64,000 nucleotides of DNA from Candidatus Micrarchaeia archaeon. Lineage in GTDB: Bacteria > Chloroflexota > Dormibacteria > Aeolococcales > Bog-877. Within the stretch, counting starts at the first letter, position 1, and every line of letters begins with the position of its first letter. The notes under the pieces are model-generated. The model searched no databases, was not told where the DNA came from, and saw nothing but the letters and a program-made list of their open reading frames with translations. The DNA is taken from assembly GCA_035533215.1 (NCBI GenBank), contig DATLUG010000031.1, forward strand, positions 18,420-82,419, given 5' to 3'. A program made the position numbers and the translations under genes. Shown one piece after another: positions 42,031-51,136 of this stretch.

Positions 42031-43356
42031 TCAGCGAAGTGAGCGCACCGCCGGCCGGGTCCCCGCCACGAGGAGCACCAGTCCGGCCGCCACCGCGCCG
42101 CCGGCGATCGCGTCGAACAGCGGCACCACCCGGCTGAGCAGGGCATAGAGGAGGGTGCCGAACGGCGTCACGCCCCAGATCAGCGAGTAGCAGGCGAGGA
42201 CCCGGCCCCGCAGGCGTGCCGGGGTCTCGCTCTGGAGGGCGCTGAGGCTGGCGGTGTTGAGGGCCACGAAGGCGAGGCTCACCCCCATCAGCGCGGGGAA
42301 GGCGACCTGCGCCGTGGTGGCCCGGGTCACGGTGACGAGGGCCGCCGTGTACAGGGGGGCGGCGCCGATCAGCAGCCGTCCGCGCGGGAGCCGTCGGCTG
42401 AGGCCGGTGATGGCGATTCCACCTGCCAGGGCCCCGATCCCGCCCATCGTGTACAGGAGACCGAGGAGCTGGCCCCCGCCGTGGAGCTGGTCGCGGGCGA
42501 GCACCGGGAGGTAGGGCATGTAGCCCACGCCGAGGATGGCCAGCGCCCCCATCGCGATCAGGATCCAGCGGGTGCGGGGATCACGTGCGGCCCATCGGAG
42601 CCCCTCCCCGAGGTCCTGGAGGGCGGTGTGGCCGTCCGCCGGTCGCGTCGTCCGGGGGACGCCCCGCAGGCCCAGGACCACCACCGCCAGGAACGGCAGC
42701 GCCAAGGCGCCCATCGCTCCGAAGCAGGCGGCCGGCCCGACGAACCCGATGAGGATGCCGGCCAGGCTCGGTCCCACGATCCGGGTAGCGCTGGAGGCGG
42801 TCGAGGTGAGGGCCGCCGTGCCGAGGAGCTGCTCCTCGCGCACGAGGTCGGCGACCAGGGCCTGGCGGCTGGGCACGTCGACCGCGTCGGCGCTGCCGAA
42901 GGCGGCGGCGGCCAGGACCAGGACCAGGAGGCCGGCGTGGCCGGTGACGACTGCGGCCGTGAGGCCGAAGGCGGTGGCGGCCATCGCGGTGGTGGTGGCC
43001 ATCAGGACGTGGCGCCGCGAGGCGCGGTCGGCGAGCACCCCGGCCGGCAGACCCAGCACCAGGGCGGGCAGCCCATCGGCGGCCCCGACCAGGCCGACCG
43101 CGGGCACCGAGTGGGTGAGCGAGAAGGTGAGGTAGCCGAGTGCGACCAGCTGCATCCACTTGCCGAGGAGCAGGGGCCAGAGGCCGAGCCAGAACCGTCG
43201 GAACGCTGGCACCCGCAGGGGGTCGGGCACGACCCGCGTCCAGCCGCGCCGCGGCCGGACGCCCGCGGCGGCGGCGTCCGCCGGCATGGTGGGCGGAGCC
43301 GAGGGTCCCGGTGCGGCGCCGATCCCGGCGGCGGACTCCGAGGCGGGAACCTTCAT
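42031..43356 (-). CDS. MFS transporter (EntS/MFS_3-like)
   Basis: ATG 43356 within ORF 42031..43452. About 12 TM segments. Loop motif GVLADRASRRHV. An alternative start is ATG 43287. Confidence 0.85.
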   Translation of the reverse strand: MKVPASESAAGIGAAPGPSAPPTMPADAAAAGVRPRRGWTRVVPDPLRVPAFRRFWLGLWPLLLGKWMQLVALGYLTFSLTHSVPAVGLVGAADGLPALVLGLPAGVLADRASRRHVLMATTTAMAATAFGLTAAVVTGHAGLLVLVLAAAAFGSADAVDVPSRQALVADLVREEQLLGTAALTSTASSATRIVGPSLAGILIGFVGPAACFGAMGALALPFLAVVVLGLRGVPRTTRPADGHTALQDLGEGLRWAARDPRTRWILIAMGALAILGVGYMPYLPVLARDQLHGGGQLLGLLYTMGGIGALAGGIAITGLSRRLPRGRLLIGAAPLYTAALVTVTRATTAQVAFPALMGVSLAFVALNTASLSALQSETPARLRGRVLACYSLIWGVTPFGTLLYALLSRVVPLFDAIAGGAVAAGLVLLVAGTRPAVRSLR

Positions 43357-43702
43357 CGGCGCATGGTCCAGCGCGGCGTGTTCAGGCCTCCGTCCCGCCG
43401 CCGGCGGGTTGCGGTGCGGGAGGAATGCCCCCAGCCCGCCATCCTCGCCCATCCGCGGTCCAGCGCGCGTCGGGCGGGCTGCGCCGCGACCGACAGGAGG
43501 GGATGGTGCGGGAGTCGGTCTGGCGGGACGGGGCGGCGGGTGACCTGCTCCTCATGGGCCGGCTTGGCCGCGAATGGGGGGGCGCCGGGACCGGTTGAGC
43601 CACCCCGCCGCCGGCGCCGGCCGCGGGGCCGGGACCCGCGCTGCCGCGCGGGTGGCCGGGGCTGGAGGGGCCTGGCGACCGCCCGCTCAGCGGGCCTCCG
43701 CC

Positions 43703-43894
43703 TCACATGCAGCAGGAGTCGCGGGTGCCGCAGCGCGGGCAGCGGTAGTGGGCGTGCTCGGGGACCATCTCGACCTCGCACCGTGGGCAGCGGGTCGCCA
43801 GCGGGTGGGCGGCCCGGGCTGCCCCGCCCGGGGCCCGCGCCGCGCCCTTCCCGGGAACCTCCCGACCGTCGGAGGCTGGGGCGCGCGGCATCAT
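43703..43894 (-). CDS. Small zinc-ribbon-like protein (two CPRC motifs, C-terminal SCC)
   Basis: ORF track, 63 aa: ...TRCPRCEVEMVPEHAHYRCPRCGTRDSCCM. Third-codon-position GC is very high, as in neighbouring genes. It starts 10 nt after the S-component stop. No clear SD. Confidence 0.4.
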   Translation of the reverse strand: MMPRAPASDGREVPGKGAARAPGGAARAAHPLATRCPRCEVEMVPEHAHYRCPRCGTRDSCCM

Positions 43895-43903
43895 GGCTCG
43901 AGG

Positions 43904-44725
43904 TTACCGTCCGCGGGCGCCGCCCGCGGCGGGGATGACGCCGCGCCGCCGCGGCTCGGCCGCGGGGGGCGGCGCCGTCTCGACGGCGGCGGCCTCCAGG
44001 ACCACGGTGAACCGCGCCGCCACCCGGCGCAGGCCGCAGAGGACGGGCAGGCCGAAGGCCGCCACCATCAGGGCGTTGCCGACGGCGCGCAGGCTGTCGT
44101 AGGCGAGCGAGGTGGCCAGGTAGAAGCGCAGGAAGTGGGTTGCGGCCACCATCGGGGCGAGACCGGGGCTCCACCCCAGCTGCGGCGCGGCCCGGAAGAA
44201 GGTCCAGTCCCACACGTCGAGGAGCGCCCCGAAGGCGAGCCCGCTGACGGCCCCCACCGCGCCCAGGAGGATCAGGTCCGGTCGCCCGGGGCGGCCGTGC
44301 CGGCGCGCCAGCCCGGCCAGCCCCGCGCCCGCGCCGACCCAGCCCGCGGCCAGCATCTGATAGGGCAGCCAGGGTCCGACCCCGCCGGTGACCACGGCGG
44401 AGACCAGCAGGGAGAGGGTCCCGCAGGCGAAGCCGAAGCTGGGGCCGAGCACGTAGCCACCGCAGAGGATCCCGAAGAAGGTGGGGCTGAAGCCGCCGAT
44501 CCCGGTCACCACCGCGGCCCGCATGGCGGCGTCGATGGTGCTGATCGTCACCAGCAGGGCCAGCCGGCGGCTGTCCAGCCGGCGCTGACCCACCTCCACC
44601 AGGAGCAGCACCAGGGTGGTCCCCACGGCGAGGGCGAGGGCCGGGGTGGAGGCCGGGAGGCCGAGGCCGGTGAACGGCCAGAGGAAGAGCCCGAGCCCGG
44701 CGAGGGAGACCAGCAGCAGGGTCAT
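43904..44725 (-). CDS. ECF transporter substrate-specific (S) component
   Basis: ATG 44725 within ORF 43904..44878 (ATGA overlap with the ATPase stop). About 6 TM segments (MTLLLVSLAGLGLFLWPFTGLG...). Operon context with EcfA/EcfT. Confidence 0.7.
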   Translation of the reverse strand: MTLLLVSLAGLGLFLWPFTGLGLPASTPALALAVGTTLVLLLVEVGQRRLDSRRLALLVTISTIDAAMRAAVVTGIGGFSPTFFGILCGGYVLGPSFGFACGTLSLLVSAVVTGGVGPWLPYQMLAAGWVGAGAGLAGLARRHGRPGRPDLILLGAVGAVSGLAFGALLDVWDWTFFRAAPQLGWSPGLAPMVAATHFLRFYLATSLAYDSLRAVGNALMVAAFGLPVLCGLRRVAARFTVVLEAAAVETAPPPAAEPRRRGVIPAAGGARGR

Positions 44726-46068
44726 GCCGGCCGCCCCGCCTCCAGCCGGCCGCTCCGGACGACGAGGAGGCGGTCGGCCAGCTCGTCGGCCAGCTCGGCA
44801 TCGCTGGTGGCGACCACGATCGCGGCGCCGCCTGTGGCCAGTCGGTCGATCACCCGCCCCAAGGCGCCCCGCGCCCACGCGTCCATCCCCCGGGTCGGCT
44901 CGTCGAGGAGGATCAGCTCCGGCTCGCCGGCCAGGACCGCGGCGAGCGCCGCCCGCTGCCGCTCGCCGACGCTGCAGTCGCGGGGGTCGCGGTCCCCGAG
45001 GCCGCCGAGCCCGAGCTCGTCGAGGAGGGGGCGGAGGGGAGCGCTGCGGCCCAGCCAGCGCTGGGTCTGGAGGAGCTCGGCCCGCAGCGTCGGGAGGTGG
45101 AGGAGGGCGCCGGGATCCTGGGGAAGGTAGGCGGCGCGAACGGGCCGGCGCTCGACCGAGCCGGTCAGCGGCGAAAGGAAGCCTGCAAGGGTGCGCAGCA
45201 GGGTGGTCTTGCCACTGCCGTTGGGCCCGGTGCAGGCGAGGACCTCCCCGCGGACTCCGTGGAGGCGCCCCGTCTCGAGGACCGGGTCGCGGTGGCCGAC
45301 CGTCAGCCCGTCAGTGGACCAGAGGACCTCGCCATGGTCCGCCGGTGGCTGCCGGCACCGACGGTGGCCCCGGCGTGGCGGCGGCGTGGGCGCGGTGAGA
45401 CGGCCGTTGGCGAGCTGGAGGGTCACCGCGCCCCGCATCCGCATCCGCTCGGGATGATGCTCCGCCAGCACCAGCGCGATGCCGCGGTCGAGGCAGCCGG
45501 CCAGCGCGTCCGCGAGCGCCCTGGCCCCGGCCGGGTCCAGCTGCGAGCTGGGCTCGTCCAGCACGATCGCCCGCGGTGCCAGGGCCAGGACCCCCGCCAG
45601 CGCCACCCGCTGCCGTTCGCCACCGGAGAGGGTGGCCACCCGACGGTCGCGGAGGTGACCGATGGCGAGGGCGTGCAGGGCGCCCGCCACCCGCTCGCGG
45701 ATCATCGGGGCCGGCACGGCCTGGTTCTCCAGGCCGAAGGCGACGTCGGCGGCGACACGGGCCAGGACCAGCTGGGTCTCGGGCTCCTGGAACACCATCC
45801 CCACGGCCCGGGCGAGGGTCCGGGTCGGTGTCCGCAGTGCGTCCCGGCCCAGGACGGTCACGTGGCCGCGCGCCCGACCCCCGTGGAAATGGGGGACCAG
45901 CCCGTTCAGGGTGCGCAGCACCGTCGTCTTGCCGGACCCCGAGTCGCCCGCCAGGATGACCGCGTCGTGGTCCAGCGTGAGGGTGACGTCGTCCACCGCG
46001 GGCCGCTCGGTCCCGGGGTACCAGTAGCTGAAGCGCTCCAGGCTGGCGATCGCGCCGGCGTCGGTCAC
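44722..46068 (-). CDS. ECF transporter fused double ATPase (EcfA1-EcfA2/CbiO-like)
   Basis: GTG 46068 within ORF 44722..46641. Two ABC cassettes: GDSGSGKTT / LSGGERQRVALAG / IVLDEPSSQLD, and GPNGSGKTT / SVGERQRAALAA / LILLDEPTRGMD. Confidence 0.9.
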   Translation of the reverse strand: MTDAGAIASLERFSYWYPGTERPAVDDVTLTLDHDAVILAGDSGSGKTTVLRTLNGLVPHFHGGRARGHVTVLGRDALRTPTRTLARAVGMVFQEPETQLVLARVAADVAFGLENQAVPAPMIRERVAGALHALAIGHLRDRRVATLSGGERQRVALAGVLALAPRAIVLDEPSSQLDPAGARALADALAGCLDRGIALVLAEHHPERMRMRGAVTLQLANGRLTAPTPPPRRGHRRCRQPPADHGEVLWSTDGLTVGHRDPVLETGRLHGVRGEVLACTGPNGSGKTTLLRTLAGFLSPLTGSVERRPVRAAYLPQDPGALLHLPTLRAELLQTQRWLGRSAPLRPLLDELGLGGLGDRDPRDCSVGERQRAALAAVLAGEPELILLDEPTRGMDAWARGALGRVIDRLATGGAAIVVATSDAELADELADRLLVVRSGRLEAGRPA

Positions 46069-46901
46069 GCCGCCGCCGCCGGGAGGACGAGGACGGCGCA
46101 GGCGGCGAGCAGCAGCGGCGAGGCCGCCGGCGCCGTCGGCGTCGGGTACGGGTACCATCCCGGATTGCCGCCGGTGAGCGCGGCCGCCGCGAACAGGCCG
46201 AGGGCGAGCACGGCGCAGCATCCGAGCACGGTGTCGCCCACGCCCCAGTGCCGCTCCCGGTACGCGCTGCGGCGACCCGCACCGTATCCGCGGGCCTCCA
46301 TCGCCTCCGCCAGCTGCAGCGACCCCTCGATGGCGGTGAGGACGGCCGGCACCACCACCGCCGCCCAGGAGCGCAGCCCCCGCGGCCGCCAGCCCCGCAT
46401 CGCCTGGGCCTCGCGGATGGCGGTGACGCCCTGGGCCAGCCGGGGGGCGAGGGTGAGCGCCGCCCCCAGCGCCGCGCCGGTGTGCCGCAGCGGGCCCGGG
46501 AGGGCCCCGGCGAGGGCCTCCGGCTCCACCAGCCGGGCCAGGGTGAGCGCGGCGACGAGGCAGGCGCTCAGCCCCAGCGCGATGTCGATCCCGAACAGGA
46601 GCGCCTCGGCGGTGAGCGGGCCGCCGACGCCCGGGAGCCACCCGGGGAGGGAGACGACGACGTCGGCTCCGGTGTGGCTCAGGAGGGTGTTGAGGACAAT
46701 GGTGCCGGCCGCCGCCGCCCCGACCAGGACGAGCGGCCGACGCAGCCCGGCGTGGCGCCCTCGCCCGCGGGCGAGGAGGAGGAGCGCCGCGGCGAGCGCC
46801 AGGACGCGGACGACGGGGTCGTCGCTGCCGAGGACGACGAGGACGACCGCCGCCACCCAGGCCCCCAGCGCGCGCGGATCGGGACCCGTCTGCTCGGTCA
46901 C
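46065..46901 (-). CDS. ECF transporter transmembrane (T) component (EcfT/CbiQ-like)
   Basis: GTG 46901 within ORF 46065..47678. Multi-TM, with the EcfT-type coupling region AIREAQAMRGWRPRG and LAEAMEARGYG. GTGA overlaps at both ends. Confidence 0.8.
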   Translation of the reverse strand: MTEQTGPDPRALGAWVAAVVLVVLGSDDPVVRVLALAAALLLLARGRGRHAGLRRPLVLVGAAAAGTIVLNTLLSHTGADVVVSLPGWLPGVGGPLTAEALLFGIDIALGLSACLVAALTLARLVEPEALAGALPGPLRHTGAALGAALTLAPRLAQGVTAIREAQAMRGWRPRGLRSWAAVVVPAVLTAIEGSLQLAEAMEARGYGAGRRSAYRERHWGVGDTVLGCCAVLALGLFAAAALTGGNPGWYPYPTPTAPAASPLLLAACAVLVLPAAAA

Positions 46902-47377
46902 CGCACCCTGGGCAGCGGCGGCGGAGCCGCTCGGCCCTTGGCCGGGACGTAGCGCCACCCGAGCGCCTCCCCGGCCTCCAGGTGGACCGCCTGGATCCCG
47001 GTGCTGGCGGCTCGGAAGAGCCCGTGCGCGGGGGCCACGAAGAGGGCCCAGTACGGCCGGCCGGTGCTGAAGCAGTGGGTGTACGCGGGGGGGACGCGAT
47101 CGAGCTGGCAGACGGCGTCGCCGAAGCTGAAGTGCTGGAGCGCGATCTCCACCCCGCTGCGCCGCATCACCGCCTCGCCGCTGGCGCCGGTGCGGGCCAC
47201 CACGACGCAGCGATCGAGGACCCGGTGGGTCGACACCTCGACCACGACCGTCACGTGCGGGGCGGAGACGGTGGCGCACCGGGCGGTCTGGTGCGGGTGG
47301 GGGGCCGCCCGGCCGCACCCCGCGAGTCCGAGCGCGACCAGGGCCAGAGTCGCGCTGGCCCCCCACTTCCCAACCAT
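46898..47377 (-). CDS. DUF4430-like (transcobalamin-fold-like) lipoprotein
   Basis: ATG 47377 (SD GGAGGA) within ORF 46898..47668. Lipobox LALVALGLAGC, then FSFGDAVCQLDRV, GRPYWALFV and AGEALGWRY. Confidence 0.6.
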   Translation of the reverse strand: MVGKWGASATLALVALGLAGCGRAAPHPHQTARCATVSAPHVTVVVEVSTHRVLDRCVVVARTGASGEAVMRRSGVEIALQHFSFGDAVCQLDRVPPAYTHCFSTGRPYWALFVAPAHGLFRAASTGIQAVHLEAGEALGWRYVPAKGRAAPPPLPRVR

Positions 47378-47464
47378 GTCGGGTCCTCCGGCGGCTGGGG
47401 GACCCCTCGCCGAAGGCCGGCCCGCCACCATAGGCCCGTCCCTCCCGTTGCGCGCGGGGGTGCT

Positions 47465-47655
47465 CTGGACCGACCGGACCGGTCTCCTGGCTCGCGGATC
47501 GTGGCTCGCGGACCGCCTTCCCGGGACTCGCGTCCCAGTGGCACTCGGTCCGAGCTCCCCGCTCACAGTTGCGCGACAGCTCCGGACTCGGGCCGACCCC
47601 AAACGGAGGACGACGGCCCTGCACCGGATTCCCATTTGCCCGGGCGGCTCTTCGA
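47465..47655 (-). promoter_or_regulatory. Cobalamin (B12) riboswitch in the leader of the ECF operon
   Basis: Minus strand reads ...GGGAATCCGGTGCA...AGTCCGGAGCTGTCGCGCAACTGTGAGCGGGGAGC...GAGTGCCACTGGGACGCGAGTCCCGGGAAGGCGG...GCGAGCCAGGAGACCGGTCC (B12 box). The SD GGAGGA and ATG 47377 follow. Confidence 0.8.
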
Positions 47656-47764
47656 TTGTGTCGGTCATGGTACGTCACGGCGATGCCGCCGGGGCGCCCA
47701 TCCGGCAGGGCTGCGGGCGCGGCAGCTGCTACCGTCGTGGGATCGCATCGGGGAGGGACCGGCG

Positions 47765-49099
47765 ACGAGCGAGCTGATCCGGCGGCTGCGCACGGCGGAC
47801 GTGCGCTTCCCGACCTCGGCGGCCCGGGTCGGGTCGGACGCGATGCACCCCGATCCCGACTACTCCGCCGCCGTCGTGGTGGTGGAGACCGACCGCGACG
47901 ACGGCATCGAGGGGCACGGCTTGGCGTTCACGCTCGGGCGGGGCAACGAGGTGGTGGTGGCCGCCATCGAGGCGCTGGCGCCCCTGGTGGTGGGGCTGCC
48001 GTTGGAGGCCATCCGCTCCGACATGGGGTGGGTGTGGCGTCGGCTCGCCGGCGACGGGCAGCTGCGCTGGCTGGGTCCGGAGAAGGGCGTCATCCACCTC
48101 GCCACCGCCGCCATCGTCAACGCGCTCTGGGACCTGCGCGCGCGCTGGACCGCCCAGCCGCTCTGGCGGCACCTCGTCGACTGCCCTCCCGAGGAGCTGG
48201 TGGCGTGCATCGACTTCCGCCACCTCACCGACGCGCTCACGCCCGACACCGCGCTGGCGCTCCTGCGCGGACGCGCCGCGGACCGATCCGCCGCCGTCGC
48301 GCGCCTCGACCACGAGGGGCTGGCCGCCTACACCACGGCACCCGGCTGGCTCGGCTACGCCGACCACGAGCTCGCCTCCCGCTGCCGCCAGGCCGCCGCC
48401 GAGGGCTGGGGGCTGGTCAAGCTGAAGGTGGGCCAGAGCCTGGAGGACGACCGGCGCCGGTGCGCCATCGCCCGAGAGGCGATCGGGCCGCAGCGGCGCC
48501 TGGCGGTCGACGCCAACCAGGTCTGGGACGTCGACACCGCGATCGCCTGGACCCGGCAGCTCATGGCGTTCGACCTCCGGTGGGTGGAGGAGCCGACCAG
48601 TTGCGACGACGTGCTCGGGCACGCGACGATCGCCCGAGCCGTGGCCCCGGTCACGGTTGCCACCGGCGAGCACGTGCACAACCGGGTGATGTTCAAGCAG
48701 TTCCTGGCCGCGGGCGCGATGGGCGTGTGCCAGCTCGACGCCTGCCGCCTCGGCGGTGTCAACGAGGTGCTGGCCGTCCTCTGCCTGGCCGCCCTCCACG
48801 ACGTCCCCGTCTGCCCGCACGCCGGCGGCGTCGGCCTGTGCGAGATGGTGGTCCACCTGGCGGCCTTCGACGCGCTCGCGGTCGGCGGAGAGCGCGCCGA
48901 CCGCACGGTGGAATGGGTGGAGGGCCTGCACGAGCATTTCCAGGACCCGGTGGCCGCCTCCGGGGGCCGCTACGCGCTCCCCACCGCGCCCGGCTTCGGG
49001 ACCGCCCTGCGTCCCGAGTCGGTGCGCCGCTACCGGTACCCGGACGGCGAGGCCTGGCGGCAGCGGACCGGCGCGGTCGCGCCGGCGAGCCCGGGCTGA
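47765..49099 (+). CDS. fucD: L-fuconate dehydratase-like enolase-superfamily enzyme
   Basis: C-terminal part of ORF 46982..49099. Motifs DVRFPTS..GSDAMHPDPDYSAA, QLRWLGPEKGV, AVDANQVWD, WVEEPTS.DDVLGHA, ATGEH, PHAGGVGLCE. The start is uncertain: homology begins about 47771, and the first canonical in-frame start is GTG 47801. Confidence 0.85.
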   Translation, partial: TSELIRRLRTADVRFPTSAARVGSDAMHPDPDYSAAVVVVETDRDDGIEGHGLAFTLGRGNEVVVAAIEALAPLVVGLPLEAIRSDMGWVWRRLAGDGQLRWLGPEKGVIHLATAAIVNALWDLRARWTAQPLWRHLVDCPPEELVACIDFRHLTDALTPDTALALLRGRAADRSAAVARLDHEGLAAYTTAPGWLGYADHELASRCRQAAAEGWGLVKLKVGQSLEDDRRRCAIAREAIGPQRRLAVDANQVWDVDTAIAWTRQLMAFDLRWVEEPTSCDDVLGHATIARAVAPVTVATGEHVHNRVMFKQFLAAGAMGVCQLDACRLGGVNEVLAVLCLAALHDVPVCPHAGGVGLCEMVVHLAAFDALAVGGERADRTVEWVEGLHEHFQDPVAASGGRYALPTAPGFGTALRPESVRRYRYPDGEAWRQRTGAVAPASPG

Positions 49100-49140
49100 C
49101 CGGCGCGCCGGAGGCCCCGGGCGTGCGCCTGGGGGGCCGC

Positions 49141-49698
49141 TCAGCCGGGGGCGGCGTGCGGTCCGACGGAGGTGCGGCCGGCGCCGCCGACGGTCGCCCG
49201 GTGGGCGGCGAGCCTGAGGAGGAACTCGCGCTGCCCGAGACAGTTCAGACGGATCGCCGACCCGTCGGCGAAGCGCAGCCGGATCGTGGGGGCGAGCAGG
49301 CGGTGGCGGCCGGCCGGGGCGGCGTCGAGGAGGGTGGAGGCGGGGACCGACCAGACCAGCGCCTTGCGCGGACCGACGCTCGGATACCAGACGGCCAGGC
49401 GGCGATCGGTGACGGCGAGGAGCCAGGTCCCGGGCAGGCCGCGGCAGCCCGGATAGGCGGTGGCGAGGCTCCCCGCCGTCCCCTCGCGGGCCGCGCGCTC
49501 GCAGGGGTCGTCGGGGCTGCCCGCGACGCCGAGCGGGGGTCGCCCCCAGCTGAGGGCGTTGGACGCGGTCCCGGTGATCCGCACCGCGGCCGCGGCGATC
49601 ACGCTCTCCCCATCCTGGAGGAGGCCGCGGAAGGCGGTCGCCGAGGCGGCGTAGTCCACGGTCGACAGCGTAGTCCTCGCGCTGGCCGCTGGCCACAA
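49141..49698 (-). CDS. Hypothetical protein (possible bacterial PH-like fold)
   Basis: ORF track, 185 aa. WLLAVTDRRLAVWY resembles bPH-type strands. No firm family. Confidence 0.45.
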   Translation of the reverse strand: MWPAASARTTLSTVDYAASATAFRGLLQDGESVIAAAAVRITGTASNALSWGRPPLGVAGSPDDPCERAAREGTAGSLATAYPGCRGLPGTWLLAVTDRRLAVWYPSVGPRKALVWSVPASTLLDAAPAGRHRLLAPTIRLRFADGSAIRLNCLGQREFLLRLAAHRATVGGAGRTSVGPHAAPG

Positions 49699-49868
49699 CG
49701 ATCCGGTCGCAGGCGCTTCGCGCCCGTCCCGGCGTCCGTCAGCCCCCGGCGACGGCCCCGATCCGGGGCCCTCGGGGCCGCGGCGAGGACCGCCCGCGGC
49801 GTATCCTCAGCGGCCTGGTGGTGGGCCGCCGTCGTAACCGCTCAGGACGGCGGGCGTTCCACCCGCTG

Positions 49869-51068
49869 ATGGGGATGCGGCCGGCCCCGGTGCCCACCCC
49901 CCTGCGCGGGGCGAGGGCAGCCGGGCTCCGCGAGGGGGCGTGGGCGGTGATGGCCCTCGTCGTGGCCGGCTGCGCCGCCACCGGCCCCCCCCGTCCGAGC
50001 GCGACCACCGGCCACCAGGTGACCGGCGCCGGCCATGTGGCCCGGGCCTCGTCGGCCGCCGCCGCCCGCCTGCCGGCGGCGGCGGGGGTCGAGGTCCCGC
50101 CCGGGTTCCGCGCCCAGGTCTACGCCCGGGGGCTGGTCCGCCCCACCGCGATGGCGATCGGGCCCGGCGGCAGGCTCTTCGTCGCCGAGGCGTCGGGCGC
50201 GGTGGTGGCGGTCCCGGAGGGCAGCCGCCGCCCGGTGCGGTTCGCCGTGGGGTTCCCGTCGCCGCGCGGGCTGGCCTGGGTGGGGCGCACCCTCTACGTC
50301 TCCGCCCGGGGAGAGGTCGACCGGGTGAGGCTGGCGCACGGCAGGCCCACCGTGCGGCGGCGGCTGGTGGGGGGCCTCCCGCACGGGCTCCACCAGCAGG
50401 ACGCGATCGTGCCGGGACCGGGGGGTCGCCTCTACGTCGGCAGCGGGTCCACCTGCAACGCCTGCCGCGAGCCGGACCCGTATGCCGCCAGCGTCCTCTC
50501 GCTCCTCCCCAGCGGGCGCGACCTCACCGCGGTGGCCACCGGGCTCGACAACGCCGCCGGTCTCGCCGTCCAGCCGCGGACCGGACGTCTCTATGCCGCC
50601 GTGGACGGCCGGCTCCGGCTGGGCTCGGCCGCTGACCCGGAGCCCGCCGACATGCTGGTGCGGATCCTCCCGGGGGGCTGGTACGGCTGGCCCGGCTGCT
50701 GGCCCGACGCCCGACTGCTCGTGATGCGGGGCGCGTGCCGCGGGGTGACCACGCCGGCCGCCTTCCTCGGGCCCCACGCCGGGGTGGCCGGGATCGCCTT
50801 CTACACCGGGAGGAGCTTCCCGCCCGGCTATCGCGGCAACCTGTTCGTCGCCGAGTGGGGCCTCGCCCACTCCGCCGCCGGGCCCGGCAGGCGGGTGGTG
50901 CGGATCGTGCTGGGCCGGGACGGCACCGCGCCGATCTCCGACGTCAGCGTCTTCGCCCTGGGCCTGCAGCACCCGGTCGCGGTCGCGGTCGACCCCCGGG
51001 GGGCGCTCCTGCTCCTCGACGGGGGCCGCGGCATCGTCTATCGCATCCAGGCCGACGGCACGCCCTGA
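49869..51068 (+). CDS. Glucose/sorbosone dehydrogenase-like beta-propeller lipoprotein
   Basis: ATG 49869 within ORF 49818..51068. Lipobox MALVVAGCAA. Contains LFVAEASGAVVAV, HQQDAIVPGPGGRLYVGSGSTCNAC and GNLFVAEWG. Confidence 0.7.
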   Translation: MGMRPAPVPTPLRGARAAGLREGAWAVMALVVAGCAATGPPRPSATTGHQVTGAGHVARASSAAAARLPAAAGVEVPPGFRAQVYARGLVRPTAMAIGPGGRLFVAEASGAVVAVPEGSRRPVRFAVGFPSPRGLAWVGRTLYVSARGEVDRVRLAHGRPTVRRRLVGGLPHGLHQQDAIVPGPGGRLYVGSGSTCNACREPDPYAASVLSLLPSGRDLTAVATGLDNAAGLAVQPRTGRLYAAVDGRLRLGSAADPEPADMLVRILPGGWYGWPGCWPDARLLVMRGACRGVTTPAAFLGPHAGVAGIAFYTGRSFPPGYRGNLFVAEWGLAHSAAGPGRRVVRIVLGRDGTAPISDVSVFALGLQHPVAVAVDPRGALLLLDGGRGIVYRIQADGTP

Positions 51069-51136
51069 CCGGAGCCGGCGGGGGGCCGCTGCTACCATCC
51101 GCCGGGGAGCCCGAGCCGGCGGCACACGATGGGGCC

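Noticed and set aside
41846-42042. 65-codon ORF GTGA-coupled to the last Tad-cluster gene
   Set aside because: It is Arg/Pro-rich with no hydrophobic segment, so it is not a pilin. It overlaps the convergent MFS gene end. The evidence is insufficient.
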